Shown here one piece after another: positions 47,447 through 56,993 of a DNA stretch of 64,000 nt; position 1 is the first letter of the stretch, and each line of letters begins with the position of its first letter. The stretch is from Candidatus Moraniibacteriota bacterium (GTDB lineage: Bacteria; Patescibacteriota; Minisyncoccia; Moranbacterales; UBA1568), in NCBI GenBank assembly GCA_052034935.1, contig JBPOIB010000001.1, positions 74,746 through 138,745 on the forward strand. The letters run 5' to 3'. Under the pieces are notes generated by a model. It saw nothing but the letters and a program-made list of their open reading frames with translations. It ran no database searches and was not told where the DNA came from. Made by a program: the position numbers and the translations under genes.

Positions 47447-48625
47447 ATGTTGCGAAAAATAACGCACCTTACCTTGCTTCCCGCTACTCTTCTCATGCTC
47501 TCGGGCTGCAGTCTGAAACCACCGATTGTTGGAAATACCCCAGCGAATCCCGATCAAGATCCCAATGCCTTTAGTGCTACGGTTGAACCGGGGAGTATCT
47601 GGCGCTCCGATGATGGCGGTAAGTCATTCGCCCCAAAGGTATATGTCGATGAGAAGCGCAAGGTAACGAAGGCAGACGTTCTCAATATCTCCTTTCTTCT
47701 TCGGGAGGATGAAGAAACGCGAACTCAGACGGCCGAAATCCGTCGCGTCCCGGACATCTATGTCGGTACGATTGATGACATGATTTTCAAGACAGTTGAT
47801 GGTGCCGAAGTCTGGGAGCCAGTCAACTTTCCTCCGCAAAAAGTCTATAGCTTTGTCGCCTCCAAGCGGAGCGTCGATCGGATGTATGCAACCGGAGCGG
47901 TTGCGGGAAGAGGAAAAATATTTCGCACCATTGACGGTGGCGAGACATGGAAGGATGTTTACAGCGAACCAGGGGCTGGTACAACTATCGTCTCGTTGGC
48001 AGAGCATCCGATGGACATCAATCTCCTCTACGCTGGAACGAGTGCTGGGACGGTGGTCCTGAGTCGTGACGGCGGAGAAACCTGGAAGAATGTCGGAACA
48101 GCAGTAAACGGACCGATTACCGGTATTGTCTTCGATGCCAAAGAAAAGAACATAGTGTACCTCCTTGCCTTCAATTCGAAGATCTACACGACGTCAGACG
48201 CCGGTGATACCTGGAAAGACCTCGATACGCTGCGGACCGAAGAGAAGAAAAAAAATCCTGATTCTGCAGCGAAACCAGTTGTCGCGATGCAGGCCATCAA
48301 TATCCTCGTCGCTGATCCCTATATCTCAGGCACGATTTATGCTGGCACGAAAACGGGAATCTTCCGAAGCCGCGATTTCGGGATCAACTTTGAAAGGATG
48401 AATATCATCGAGAGCGCGGAGAAGTTCCCCATTCGGGCGCTCGCCATCAATCCGAAGAATTCGAATGAAATCGTTTTTGTTGCTGGCCGGACATTTTATA
48501 AGTCCATGAATGGCGGAGATACCTGGTCGGTTGAGCTCCTCTCTGTCGACCGAGAAGTCTCCGTCCTCACCTATGATCCGCTCTATCCAGAAGTACTGTA
48601 TCTCGGACTCCGTAAACTGAAATAA
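47447..48625 (+). CDS. Lipoprotein with BNR/Asp-box (YCF48/VPS10-like) beta-propeller
   Basis: Lipobox LSGC; repeated S/TxDGGxTW motifs. Confidence 0.9.
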   Translation: MLRKITHLTLLPATLLMLSGCSLKPPIVGNTPANPDQDPNAFSATVEPGSIWRSDDGGKSFAPKVYVDEKRKVTKADVLNISFLLREDEETRTQTAEIRRVPDIYVGTIDDMIFKTVDGAEVWEPVNFPPQKVYSFVASKRSVDRMYATGAVAGRGKIFRTIDGGETWKDVYSEPGAGTTIVSLAEHPMDINLLYAGTSAGTVVLSRDGGETWKNVGTAVNGPITGIVFDAKEKNIVYLLAFNSKIYTTSDAGDTWKDLDTLRTEEKKKNPDSAAKPVVAMQAINILVADPYISGTIYAGTKTGIFRSRDFGINFERMNIIESAEKFPIRALAINPKNSNEIVFVAGRTFYKSMNGGDTWSVELLSVDREVSVLTYDPLYPEVLYLGLRKLK

Positions 48626-48642
48626 TCTCTCCTAAAAGTCAT

Positions 48643-49200
48643 ATGACCAAAGACATCATTGAAAGCAAGAAAGAGTCCTTCCTGAAAGCGGTCACTCATT
48701 TCACCGAGGAAGCGGGGACGCTTCGGACCGGTCGGGCGAACCCGGGCATTGTCGAAGGGCTGCTCGTTGACTACTACAATGCAAAGACTCCACTCATTCA
48801 GATGGCGAGTATTTCCGTGCCGGAACCGCGCCAGATCGTTATCTCTCCCTGGGACAAGGGTGTGCTTTCTCAAATTGAGGCAGCTGTCCGCGAATCCGAC
48901 CTCGGCCTCAATCCGGTGAACGATGGCTCGGTGGTTCGGATCACCCTGCCAGCCTTGACGGAAGAGCGGCGCCGGGAGTTGGTGAAGACACTCAATAGTC
49001 GGGCGGAAGAAGCTCGAATTTCCATTCGCACGATTCGAGAAGAAGCCTGGAAAGAGATTCAGGAGGCCGAAAAGGAGGGGCTCATCAGCGAGGATGATAG
49101 ATTTCGCGGCAAGGATGAGCTTCAGAAAGTGATTGATGAATATAACGGACAACTGGAGACAATCCGAGAGAAAAAAGAGGCGGAAATAATGACGGTATAA
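48643..49200 (+). CDS. frr: Ribosome recycling factor
   Basis: LRTGRANP, DLGLNP, LTEERRRELVK, ISEDD. Confidence 0.96.
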   Translation: MTKDIIESKKESFLKAVTHFTEEAGTLRTGRANPGIVEGLLVDYYNAKTPLIQMASISVPEPRQIVISPWDKGVLSQIEAAVRESDLGLNPVNDGSVVRITLPALTEERRRELVKTLNSRAEEARISIRTIREEAWKEIQEAEKEGLISEDDRFRGKDELQKVIDEYNGQLETIREKKEAEIMTV

Positions 49201-49223
49201 ATAAACACATCGCTTGATCGCTT

Positions 49224-50366
49224 ATGCTCACGATTCTCATTTTCGTTTTGGTCCTGGGAGTACTCGTCTTTGTTCACGAGCTCGGTCACTTTGCCGTCGC
49301 TCGCTTTCACGGCATCAAGGCGGATGAATTCGGTTTCGGCTTTCCGCCCCGGATTTTCGGTGTCGTCAAAGACGAAACGACCGGAAAGTATCATTTCGTG
49401 AGAGGGAATGCTGATGTCGCGAGCGAGAATACGGTCTACTCGCTCAACTGGATACCGCTCGGCGGCTTCGTCAAAATCAAAGGCGAGGACCGGAATGCGG
49501 CGGCCGGCGCTGACAGCTTTGCGGAACGCAGCGCTTGGACGAGGATCAAGGTGCTCGGGGCTGGTGTTTTCATGAATTTCCTCCTGGCCTGGCTCCTTTT
49601 CTCGGTCGTGCTCATGCTTGGATTCCCAGAGCAGGTCGATCCGGAGAGGAGTGGACAGTACGGACCGACGAGCATCCAGATTCTCCAGGTTCAGCCGGAG
49701 ACTCCAGCGGATGAAATGGGTCTCAAGGCCGGAGATGTGCTGCTTCAGCTTGACCGTACGCCGGTCGTCACCCTTGATGGCGTTTCGAGCTACATTCGCG
49801 AACATCGCGGACAATCGATTGCGATCGAAGTACGGCGTGGCGACGAGATCGTGACGCTTTCCGCGACGCCGCGAGTGTCTGCACCCGAAGGCGAGGGTGC
49901 ACTCGGCATCAGCTTCTCCGAGACGGCCATCGTCAGCTATCCGTGGTACCAGGCGATCCGACTCGGCTTCGAGCAGACCTATGTGAAGACGGCGGAGATC
50001 CTTGGTGCGCTCGGCGGTATGGTGGCGAGTGTCTTCACCGGAGCGAAAACCCAGGTTGATATCGCCGGACCGGTCGGCATCGTTAACCTGACGAAAGACA
50101 TGAGTGACCTCGGAATCACCTATCTCCTCTATTTCGCCGCCATCCTCTCGATCAACCTCGGCATCATCAATATCCTCCCGATCCCGGCGCTCGACGGCGG
50201 GCGCATCCTCTTTGTTCTGATCGAGAAAATCAAGGGTTCGCCGGTCTCGACGAGAGTGGAAGGATATGTGCACCAGATCGGATTCATCCTCCTCATTATC
50301 CTCATGGTTCTGGTTACCTTGAATGACATTATCCGGCTCGATTTTTGGAGCCGCTTTACCAGCTGA
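49224..50366 (+). CDS. rseP: RIP metalloprotease RseP (M50)
   Basis: VHELGH, IPLGGFVKI, AGVFMN, PDZ, NILPIPALDGG. Confidence 0.96.
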   Translation: MLTILIFVLVLGVLVFVHELGHFAVARFHGIKADEFGFGFPPRIFGVVKDETTGKYHFVRGNADVASENTVYSLNWIPLGGFVKIKGEDRNAAAGADSFAERSAWTRIKVLGAGVFMNFLLAWLLFSVVLMLGFPEQVDPERSGQYGPTSIQILQVQPETPADEMGLKAGDVLLQLDRTPVVTLDGVSSYIREHRGQSIAIEVRRGDEIVTLSATPRVSAPEGEGALGISFSETAIVSYPWYQAIRLGFEQTYVKTAEILGALGGMVASVFTGAKTQVDIAGPVGIVNLTKDMSDLGITYLLYFAAILSINLGIINILPIPALDGGRILFVLIEKIKGSPVSTRVEGYVHQIGFILLIILMVLVTLNDIIRLDFWSRFTS

Positions 50367-50424
50367 AAACCGCTTCGACGTGGGATGATTGCTCCAGGTG
50401 GAGGCAGAGAAGAGCCCTATTGAC

Positions 50425-50521
50425 CCCGTTAGAGATAACGTGGGTTTTTCATGCGAAACGCCCTGCCGATAATGCCTGAGATGAAGCGTTTTCGATGCCT
50501 AATAACCGAATCTCTAACGGG
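50425..50521. mobile_element. MITE-like element with CCCGTTAGAGAT/ATCTCTAACGGG inverted ends (copy 2)
   Basis: Perfect inverted repeat (50425-50436 / 50510-50521) flanked by ATTGAC and GTTGAC. Same ends and near-identical length as copy 1. Confidence 0.75.
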
Positions 50522-50522
50522 G

Positions 50523-50551
50523 TTGACAAAAAGCTCTTTTTTTGCTAGTAT
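50523..50551 (+). promoter_or_regulatory. sigma70 promoter of the wzz-like gene
   Basis: TTGACA-17 nt-TAGTAT with TG extension. The -35 overlaps the element's flanking duplication. Confidence 0.75.
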
Positions 50552-50581
50552 TCAACGTTACTTCATTATTACTCAAAGGCT

Positions 50582-51211
50582 ATGCCGATGAACAATGTTT
50601 TGGCTCTACTGTGGGGAAAAAAGGGGAGTGTCTTCCTTTTTGGTGTCTTCGTGTCCGCTGCGGTCTTCTTCGTTGAGACAGCGGTATCGCCGCGTTACGC
50701 TGTGCGAACCGACTTCATGGTGGTACAATCATCTGGCTCTCAGGACTTCTATACGCTTTTCAAATCGTCCGAATACCTGAGCAAGGTCCTTTCCGAATCG
50801 CTCTATAGCGAGCGCTTCATCAACGCCGTCATTGAGACGGGCAAGGTGAGCGCACAGGGATTCTTGCCGACCAATAAGAAAGACCGGCTCACTGCTTGGC
50901 GCTCGATGGTCGCGGTCGAAAAGAATATCGAACTCGGCATGCTTGCCGTGACCGTGAAGTCCGATACCGAGAAAGAGGCGTCGAAGACGATGGACGCGAT
51001 TTCGGATGTTCTCATTAACCGCAACAAAGAATTCCGCGGCGGCGATGAGAAGGCGATCGAGATCCGCATCCTCTCCGGTCCGATCAGCGACCGTAATCCG
51101 AACCCGAAAGACCTACTTGTACTCGCTCTCGCAGGGTTCATCGCCGGCGCTTTCATCCGCTCCGCCTGGATCGCGGTGAAAGTCATCGATACTTCAGCGA
51201 AACGAGGATAA
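50582..51211 (+). CDS. Wzz/CapA-like polysaccharide chain-length determinant
   Basis: Two terminal TM segments, SPRY motif after TM1, Pro-rich segment before TM2. Confidence 0.75.
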   Translation: MPMNNVLALLWGKKGSVFLFGVFVSAAVFFVETAVSPRYAVRTDFMVVQSSGSQDFYTLFKSSEYLSKVLSESLYSERFINAVIETGKVSAQGFLPTNKKDRLTAWRSMVAVEKNIELGMLAVTVKSDTEKEASKTMDAISDVLINRNKEFRGGDEKAIEIRILSGPISDRNPNPKDLLVLALAGFIAGAFIRSAWIAVKVIDTSAKRG

Positions 51212-51349
51212 TATTTCTGGAGAAAGAGGGGGCTCTCGCCTCCTCTGGACCATCTCTCTCGAGAACGAGGGGGTTGTTCCAGAGGATAGCGTCGAAAAAG
51301 TTCGTTCAAAACTTACTGCTTACAATCAATCAACACAAGGAGTCTTAGC

Positions 51350-52210
51350 ATGCGATTCACATCGCTCGCTCTCATGTCAGTCCTGACGGTGCTCGTTGGC
51401 TGTTCGTCACTTCCCCGCGATAGCGGCTTCGAAGTGCGGACGGTTGAAGCGACCGGCCGCCAGGAGCCGTGGCAGAACCGCGCGCTCAACCGCAGCGTGT
51501 TCGCCAAGAACGGCATCGCAGTGGTCTACGTCGCACTGCCGCAGCCGCTCCCGGAAAAGTGGAAGAAAGAATTCGTCGACACCGCCCGAACCTACGAGGT
51601 CCGGGAGGGACGGCGGAAAGTCTCGAAGTCGCTGGTCCGGGAAGTATTTCGCGCCGTCGCGACCTATGGTCCGAACGAGGTATCGATCTATGACGCCGTC
51701 GTCGATCGGGACAAGGGCTTCATGGTCCTCATCCCGGTTTCCGATCGGCGCCGGATTGAAGGGAAGTCCCTCCATATCTTGTCTTCGGACGGGAAGTGGG
51801 GGATGACGACCCTCGGTGTCATGCTCGAGTTCGAGAAGGGGTTCGCCCCGGACCGGATTCTCGCCACACCGAGCTCGCTCGTGACCCAAGTGATCCATCT
51901 TGATCCGGAAGGCGACGAGAATGCGAGGCGCATGCTTGATCGTCTGGTCAAGTCTTTCCCCGAGCCGTTCTGGTTCCGGGGCAAGGCCGAAGCCTACATC
52001 GGCAAAAGCGATGTGGTCACCGTCATCGCCGAATTCACTTCGGTCGACAGTGCAGCCGATCGGCTGATCTCGTGTACGAGCCTCAAGCTCGGACCGAATA
52101 CCGTCGCGGCACTCCCTCTCGTCGCGACACTCTATGCCTACCAGGCCGTGAGCGCGCTGACCAAGGAAGACTGCTACCAACCGATCCGTCTCCCGGATGC
52201 CCCGACATAA
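51350..52210 (+). CDS. Lipoprotein of unknown function (island)
   Basis: Lipobox LVGC; SD AAGGAG at 51337. Confidence 0.8.
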   Translation: MRFTSLALMSVLTVLVGCSSLPRDSGFEVRTVEATGRQEPWQNRALNRSVFAKNGIAVVYVALPQPLPEKWKKEFVDTARTYEVREGRRKVSKSLVREVFRAVATYGPNEVSIYDAVVDRDKGFMVLIPVSDRRRIEGKSLHILSSDGKWGMTTLGVMLEFEKGFAPDRILATPSSLVTQVIHLDPEGDENARRMLDRLVKSFPEPFWFRGKAEAYIGKSDVVTVIAEFTSVDSAADRLISCTSLKLGPNTVAALPLVATLYAYQAVSALTKEDCYQPIRLPDAPT

Positions 52211-52374
52211 GGGCAGCCGGATCCGAGTCGGAGCGATCTGTAAAGAAAGGAGCTCATCCGTGAGCGACCCATCCGTTTTGAAACCGTCCAGGGATCAAGC
52301 GTGGGTCGCTCATATCGACCCACCTTTGTTCCTGGGTTTACCAAATGAACCTATGGCTGAAGGAGGCCGAAATC

Positions 52375-54354
52375 ATGACTGACTCTGTCCAATCCGGCGC
52401 TCCTAAAAGCGTCCAAACCCACGCGACGAGCGATCGTCCGTGGTACTTCCATCCTGTCGCAATCATCATCACTGCCGTCCTCATCGCCATCGTGGCAAGC
52501 TTCCTCACCTTCACCCCTCAGGGTGCGGCGTGGATGAAGTCCCTCCGGGCTTCGGGTACGGCTGTTCCGATGGCTGTGGCTCCCGCTGCTTCGGCTGCCG
52601 AGACGGCTGCCAGCGCTGCTGCCCAGGCTGAACCGCAACCGGCGGCAGCTGACGCAGCGACCGAACCCAAGACCTACACGGTCGAAAAGGACGACTGGCT
52701 CTCGCTGGTTTTCCCGAACGACTGGAAGTCTGTCTGCGAACTGAACCGCGACATCCTGAAGAAGGGTTGCGGTCACATCGTCGAGGGCCAGGTGCTGAAG
52801 CTCCCCGAAGGCGTCCAAGCCACGGAAAAGAGCGCCCGCGCCAGGAAGCCCCAAGGCAAAAAGGTCGTCAAGACCGAAAAGCCCCAGGCTTCGCGTGCGG
52901 TTCTGCCGAAGACAAACGCTGCAGGCGAAATCCTGTACGCGAGAGTCGGCGCGGCACCCCTGAACGGCTGCGGCAAGCGCGACATCGCTGATATCAGCAA
53001 GGAAGCATGGAATGTGCTCGGCCTGTCGGAAGACGACCAAGCTTACCTCGTGCTGAATGCTGACCTGAAGTACGGTCCGCGCATCAATGCCACGGCCCAT
53101 TCCGGCATCGTGCAGCTCGTGCCCGACATGCGTCTCGATCAGGTCACCTTCTGCCGCAAGGGCAAGGTGGTCGCGATCGGTCCCATGCGCACGGCCTGGA
53201 ATCAGGATACGGCGGTCTACGGCGAACGGTTCGTGCTTCCTTCCGGCAAGTTGCTGGTGTGGATGCGCAACTGCTTCAATTGGGTCATCCTCCCCGAGGA
53301 GAAGAAGGCACTTCCTGTGCCCCCTCCTCTCCCCGAGGAGCCCCCGATCGAGCCGCTGCCGCCCGAACTACCTGTCTCAGTGCCACTGCCTGTGGTCCCG
53401 CCGCCGACCGTCGCCGAAGCCCCCAAAGGCCTGTGCGATTGGATCGACATGGCTGGCGCCCTCGGCCAGCACCATGTCCCTCGTCAGAACGGGGACAAGG
53501 CAAGCTCTGACTTCCTCACCTTCGTCTTGGACTGCCAACAGCGCCTCGAAAGCAATGATGGTTCCTGGGGCATCGGTGGGAAGGCTGAATACTCTGCCTG
53601 GCATGGGACTGCCAACCGTGGTGTCGGCAAGTACGAAGGCTGGAACTACAAGGCGATGGTTTCGTACCGCCAGATTATGGACGAAGGGTACGACTGGGGT
53701 GTGGCCGCCGGCGTCGGGCATCAGCGCGAGCGCTACCATCAGGACAAGTACGCTTCTCGAAGCGACTATGACCTGGTGACCGTCTCGCTGGTCCATAACG
53801 ACTACCGTCGCCGCATGGCCGGTGAGACCTGGGACGTGGAACGCCAGTATTACGGCGGCATCACGATCCCGATCGCATCGGAGCTCAGCCACACGTGGAA
53901 CGGCGAGAAGATCGCCGACACGTCCGGTATGGGTCGCCTCAAGTTCGGCGTCCAAGCTGGCGCCCGCTGGTGGTTCTACGAGTCCCAAGATCTGCCGTTC
54001 CTGCCGTATCTCGAAGGCGGACTGTTCGTCCAGCATCCGACGAGCGCGTCGGGCAATGCCATGATCGGTATCGCTGATCCGGCCCGCATCTGTGGCATCG
54101 GCATCGGCATCGACCAGGACTTCCAGAACGGCGGCAACCCCGTCGGTGCCTGGGGATGGAACTGCGACCCCTTCCAGGGTGCTCGTGTCGTCCGCTCCAA
54201 GTACCGCAAGCATCAGGTCATTACCGATGCAGCGAGGAGGGGCGTCACGATCGAGGAGAAGGACGGGTATATCCAGAGCATCCGCTTTGGACCAGAATGG
54301 CTCAAGACGCAAGGTCTGACCATCGTGCCCGCTCCCGATTCGAGTAAGCAGTAA
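52375..54354 (+). CDS. TM-anchored LysM protein with Pro-rich linker and putative C-terminal beta-barrel
   Basis: SD AAGGAGG; TM PVAIIITAVLIAIVASF; LysM TYTVEKDDWLS...IVEGQVLKLP; PVPPPLPEEPP linker; about 12 alternating-pattern strands. Confidence 0.8.
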   Translation: MTDSVQSGAPKSVQTHATSDRPWYFHPVAIIITAVLIAIVASFLTFTPQGAAWMKSLRASGTAVPMAVAPAASAAETAASAAAQAEPQPAAADAATEPKTYTVEKDDWLSLVFPNDWKSVCELNRDILKKGCGHIVEGQVLKLPEGVQATEKSARARKPQGKKVVKTEKPQASRAVLPKTNAAGEILYARVGAAPLNGCGKRDIADISKEAWNVLGLSEDDQAYLVLNADLKYGPRINATAHSGIVQLVPDMRLDQVTFCRKGKVVAIGPMRTAWNQDTAVYGERFVLPSGKLLVWMRNCFNWVILPEEKKALPVPPPLPEEPPIEPLPPELPVSVPLPVVPPPTVAEAPKGLCDWIDMAGALGQHHVPRQNGDKASSDFLTFVLDCQQRLESNDGSWGIGGKAEYSAWHGTANRGVGKYEGWNYKAMVSYRQIMDEGYDWGVAAGVGHQRERYHQDKYASRSDYDLVTVSLVHNDYRRRMAGETWDVERQYYGGITIPIASELSHTWNGEKIADTSGMGRLKFGVQAGARWWFYESQDLPFLPYLEGGLFVQHPTSASGNAMIGIADPARICGIGIGIDQDFQNGGNPVGAWGWNCDPFQGARVVRSKYRKHQVITDAARRGVTIEEKDGYIQSIRFGPEWLKTQGLTIVPAPDSSKQ

Positions 54355-54381
54355 GTCCACAAGTCGGGGGAGTTCCCTCGT

Positions 54382-54424
54382 AGGGGCGGCGTCGATCACA
54401 CTCGATGCCGCCCTTTTTCTTTTT
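54382..54424 (+). terminator. Intrinsic terminator
   Basis: GGGCGGCGTCGA-TCACAC-TCGATGCCGCCC-TTTTT. Confidence 0.85.
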
Positions 54425-54515
54425 CCGTCGCAGTAAGGTGGACAAGAGTAAAAAAAGCCGATTGCAGCAGTCATTTTGAGGCTCATGAAAGCCATTTTTT
54501 TATACTGATACGGGC

Positions 54516-54559
54516 TTGACAAAAGCCAGTTTTTGCTCTAGTATGTAGGGTCATCTTCC
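54516..54559 (+). promoter_or_regulatory. Island promoter unit 1
   Basis: TTGACA-17 nt-TAGTAT-5 nt-GTCATCTTCC. Confidence 0.75.
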
Positions 54560-54627
54560 TTGTCCGGCATTTCCCGGATGGGAAATGGCGAACCTCTTTA
54601 CCAACCAGCCTTGAAAGGGCGTACACC

Positions 54628-55344
54628 ATGAAGACCTCCGTCTCCATCCTGATGGCTTTCGCCATCGCCATCCTGCCGGGTCTCGCGCTCGCGCAGGCCA
54701 AGCCCACCGTCGCCGTCGATGGCAACACCGATGCCGTGGGCAAGCTGCTTCCGACCGGTGGCACCAGCATGACCGCCACCTCCGACGGCAAGACCACGAC
54801 CCTGACCTTGCGCCAGCTGTACGCCTTCGGCGAAGCCGGCCTCGGCAAGGGCGAGAACGGCGCCAAGAAGAAGCTCGACATGGAGCAGGGCACCGCGTAC
54901 ATGCTGCGGGCCAATTCCCGCGACTGGCGCGGCGGCCGGACCGCGGCAAGCGTCAAGCTCGACGACGACAAGGGTGCGGTCATCCTGGCCAAGGGTGTGA
55001 TCACCGACAACACGGTGACGTTCACGTTCCCGAGCGGCCGCGCGAAGCCGGGCGATCCGTTCGACTGCAAGAGCACCAATTTCCTGGTGCAGCCCAAGAG
55101 CGGCAACCGTGCCGATCGTGCCTGGCTCGGCCACCCCGGCTGGGCCGCCGCCAACACGGCGCCGAACATCGGCGACTACATGGTCCTCGCGGGTGACGAT
55201 GCCCGTTTCCCGGCGACCGCGCTCTGCTATGACGCGAACGGCAAGCTGGTGCCGCTGACCCCGGCCATGCGCGCCGAGCTCTCGAAGATCATCAACAAGC
55301 CCGAAGGCGCCGACAAGGCGACCCGGGTGGCCGCGGACAACTGA
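54628..55344 (+). CDS. Secreted protein of unknown function (island)
   Basis: Sec signal ending ALA-QA; strongly G/C-ending codons. Confidence 0.85.
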   Translation: MKTSVSILMAFAIAILPGLALAQAKPTVAVDGNTDAVGKLLPTGGTSMTATSDGKTTTLTLRQLYAFGEAGLGKGENGAKKKLDMEQGTAYMLRANSRDWRGGRTAASVKLDDDKGAVILAKGVITDNTVTFTFPSGRAKPGDPFDCKSTNFLVQPKSGNRADRAWLGHPGWAAANTAPNIGDYMVLAGDDARFPATALCYDANGKLVPLTPAMRAELSKIINKPEGADKATRVAADN

Positions 55345-55366
55345 CCTGCAAGCCTGCCGCAAGCCC

Positions 55367-55412
55367 GAAGGGCTCCCAACCGAACGCAACACGTTCACCG
55401 GGAGCCCTTTTT
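55367..55412 (+). terminator. Intrinsic terminator
   Basis: AAGGGCTCCC...GGGAGCCCTTTTT. Confidence 0.8.
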
Positions 55413-55439
55413 CATACCTAAAAATAGCGTTTTCATTCA

Positions 55440-55482
55440 TTGACAAGAAAGACTTTTTATAGTATCATGGGGAGTCAATTCC
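55440..55482 (+). promoter_or_regulatory. Island promoter unit 2
   Basis: TTGACA-17 nt-TATCAT-5 nt-GTCAATTCC. Confidence 0.75.
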
Positions 55483-55572
55483 GGGCTTGAATAAAGCCTG
55501 GCATTGGCAGGTTTTTCAAGTCCCTTCCCATCTAGTCTGATTTATTTTCAGGCCACAACTCAGGAGTTTGCC

Positions 55573-56118
55573 ATGCAAGCCACACGTCCCTTTTTCTCGT
55601 TCCGCATCGCCTGCGCCGTACTGCTTCTCATCGGCGTCGCGTTCCTTGCGAACCCGGCCCGTGCGGAGACCGTCAAGGTCGAAGGCAATGCGCCCACCCC
55701 GACCATCGTGAGCATCGTGGCCAAGGGTGCCGGCCAAGGTGAAGTCACCATCACCGGTGTCCAGTTGAAGTCCAGCCTGTCCTACTGCCTCATCGGCGTG
55801 GGGCGCGGCAACTGGTACGGCACTGCGACCAAGGTCCAGCTCGAGAAGATCGGCTGCGCCAAGGCCGTCAGCGGTTCGGTAACCGTGCCGATCCGTCTCG
55901 ATGCCAAGCGCTACGAAGCGAACGGCAGCGTCATCGGCTACATCCCGATCGTGACCGACGCGAACGGCGTCATCATCGATTGGCCGCAGAAGCCCGTCGG
56001 TGCTCTCACGTTCGAGCGCACGAGCGGCAAGCCGGATGAGGCCATCGCCGTCTTCTGGGCGACGAACGGCCAACCAAAGCTCGCCACGGCCGAACAAGCC
56101 ATGACCATCAACGACTAA
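55573..56118 (+). CDS. Secreted protein of unknown function (island)
   Basis: SD CAGGAG; signal peptide ending ARA-ET; two Cys in the mature part. Confidence 0.8.
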   Translation: MQATRPFFSFRIACAVLLLIGVAFLANPARAETVKVEGNAPTPTIVSIVAKGAGQGEVTITGVQLKSSLSYCLIGVGRGNWYGTATKVQLEKIGCAKAVSGSVTVPIRLDAKRYEANGSVIGYIPIVTDANGVIIDWPQKPVGALTFERTSGKPDEAIAVFWATNGQPKLATAEQAMTIND

Positions 56119-56127
56119 GGAGAACGC

Positions 56128-56877
56128 ATGTTCCATCGACTCATCGGAGCGCTCCTTGCGCTCCTTGTCTCGGGCTTCGTCTGGTCCGCGCCCTGTGCAC
56201 CGGGCTTGCCTGAGCGCCTCATCCCAGAGGCGGGGAAGGAGGGCACCGCCTTCTTTGCGAGCGAGACCATCAAGGACGAGTACCAGAATCCGGCCTGGAT
56301 GGCCAGGCAGAAGTTCGACCGTCTGGTTGGCATGTGGAACGCCGTGACGGTGTACCCCTGCGACCGCGGCCGGCCGGCGACGATCGAGTTCCACTCGTTC
56401 GAGATCGTCCGGCTCGACAAGACGACTGGCCGTCTCGTGCCCGAGCTCACCCTCGTGTTCGATGGTTCCACTGGCTCGTCGTTCGACGACATCAGCCAAT
56501 GGAAACGCGCCCCCGAATGGTGGGTGAACGGCCGGGCTGATCGCGAGCCTTCGGTCGTCAGCGTGAAAAGCGGCGTGTTCCGGGTCGACCTGAAGTCGGT
56601 GCCCGACAACATCGTCCACATGTGGACGAGCCGCATCGCTGCCAAAGCTGGCGAGATCTACGGTATCCGGGCGAAGGTCCGGATCGCCGGCGATGCCCGC
56701 TTGCAGGTCGCCATGGATTACTGGAAGGGCTTCGAAAGCCCCGAAGGAAGGCCCTGGAAGCCGGCTTGTGAAGGCATGGCCAACTGCGAAGCTTGGCTCG
56801 GCGACTGGTACGGCGATACCGGTGGCAAGTTCGTCACTGTCGTCTCGCCGCGGTCACTCCTCGGCAAGTCCTACTAG
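56128..56877 (+). CDS. Secreted Cys/Trp-rich protein, paralog of 57051-57818
   Basis: SD TAAGGAG; signal peptide; shared blocks TAFFAxETI, NAVTVYPCDRG, GDARLQ, MDYW, GDTxGKFVT. Confidence 0.85.
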   Translation: MFHRLIGALLALLVSGFVWSAPCAPGLPERLIPEAGKEGTAFFASETIKDEYQNPAWMARQKFDRLVGMWNAVTVYPCDRGRPATIEFHSFEIVRLDKTTGRLVPELTLVFDGSTGSSFDDISQWKRAPEWWVNGRADREPSVVSVKSGVFRVDLKSVPDNIVHMWTSRIAAKAGEIYGIRAKVRIAGDARLQVAMDYWKGFESPEGRPWKPACEGMANCEAWLGDWYGDTGGKFVTVVSPRSLLGKSY

Positions 56878-56895
56878 CAGCAATGCTGCTCTCTC

Positions 56896-56935
56896 GGCCC
56901 CAATGGATTTACAATCCGGCGGGGCCTGTTTTTTT
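56896..56935 (+). terminator. Intrinsic terminator
   Basis: GGCCCC...GGGGCC followed by a T run. Confidence 0.7.
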
Positions 56936-56949
56936 ATCCGCTCATACCC

Positions 56950-56993
56950 TTGACAAAATATAAAATAAGGAGCATTATATAAAGTCATTTTCC
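56950..56993 (+). promoter_or_regulatory. Island promoter unit 3
   Basis: TTGACA-17 nt-CATTAT-5 nt-GTCATTTTCC. Confidence 0.65.

Noticed and set aside
49122-50273. 383-aa minus-strand ORF
   Set aside because: Antisense to rseP and frr, which have unambiguous motifs.
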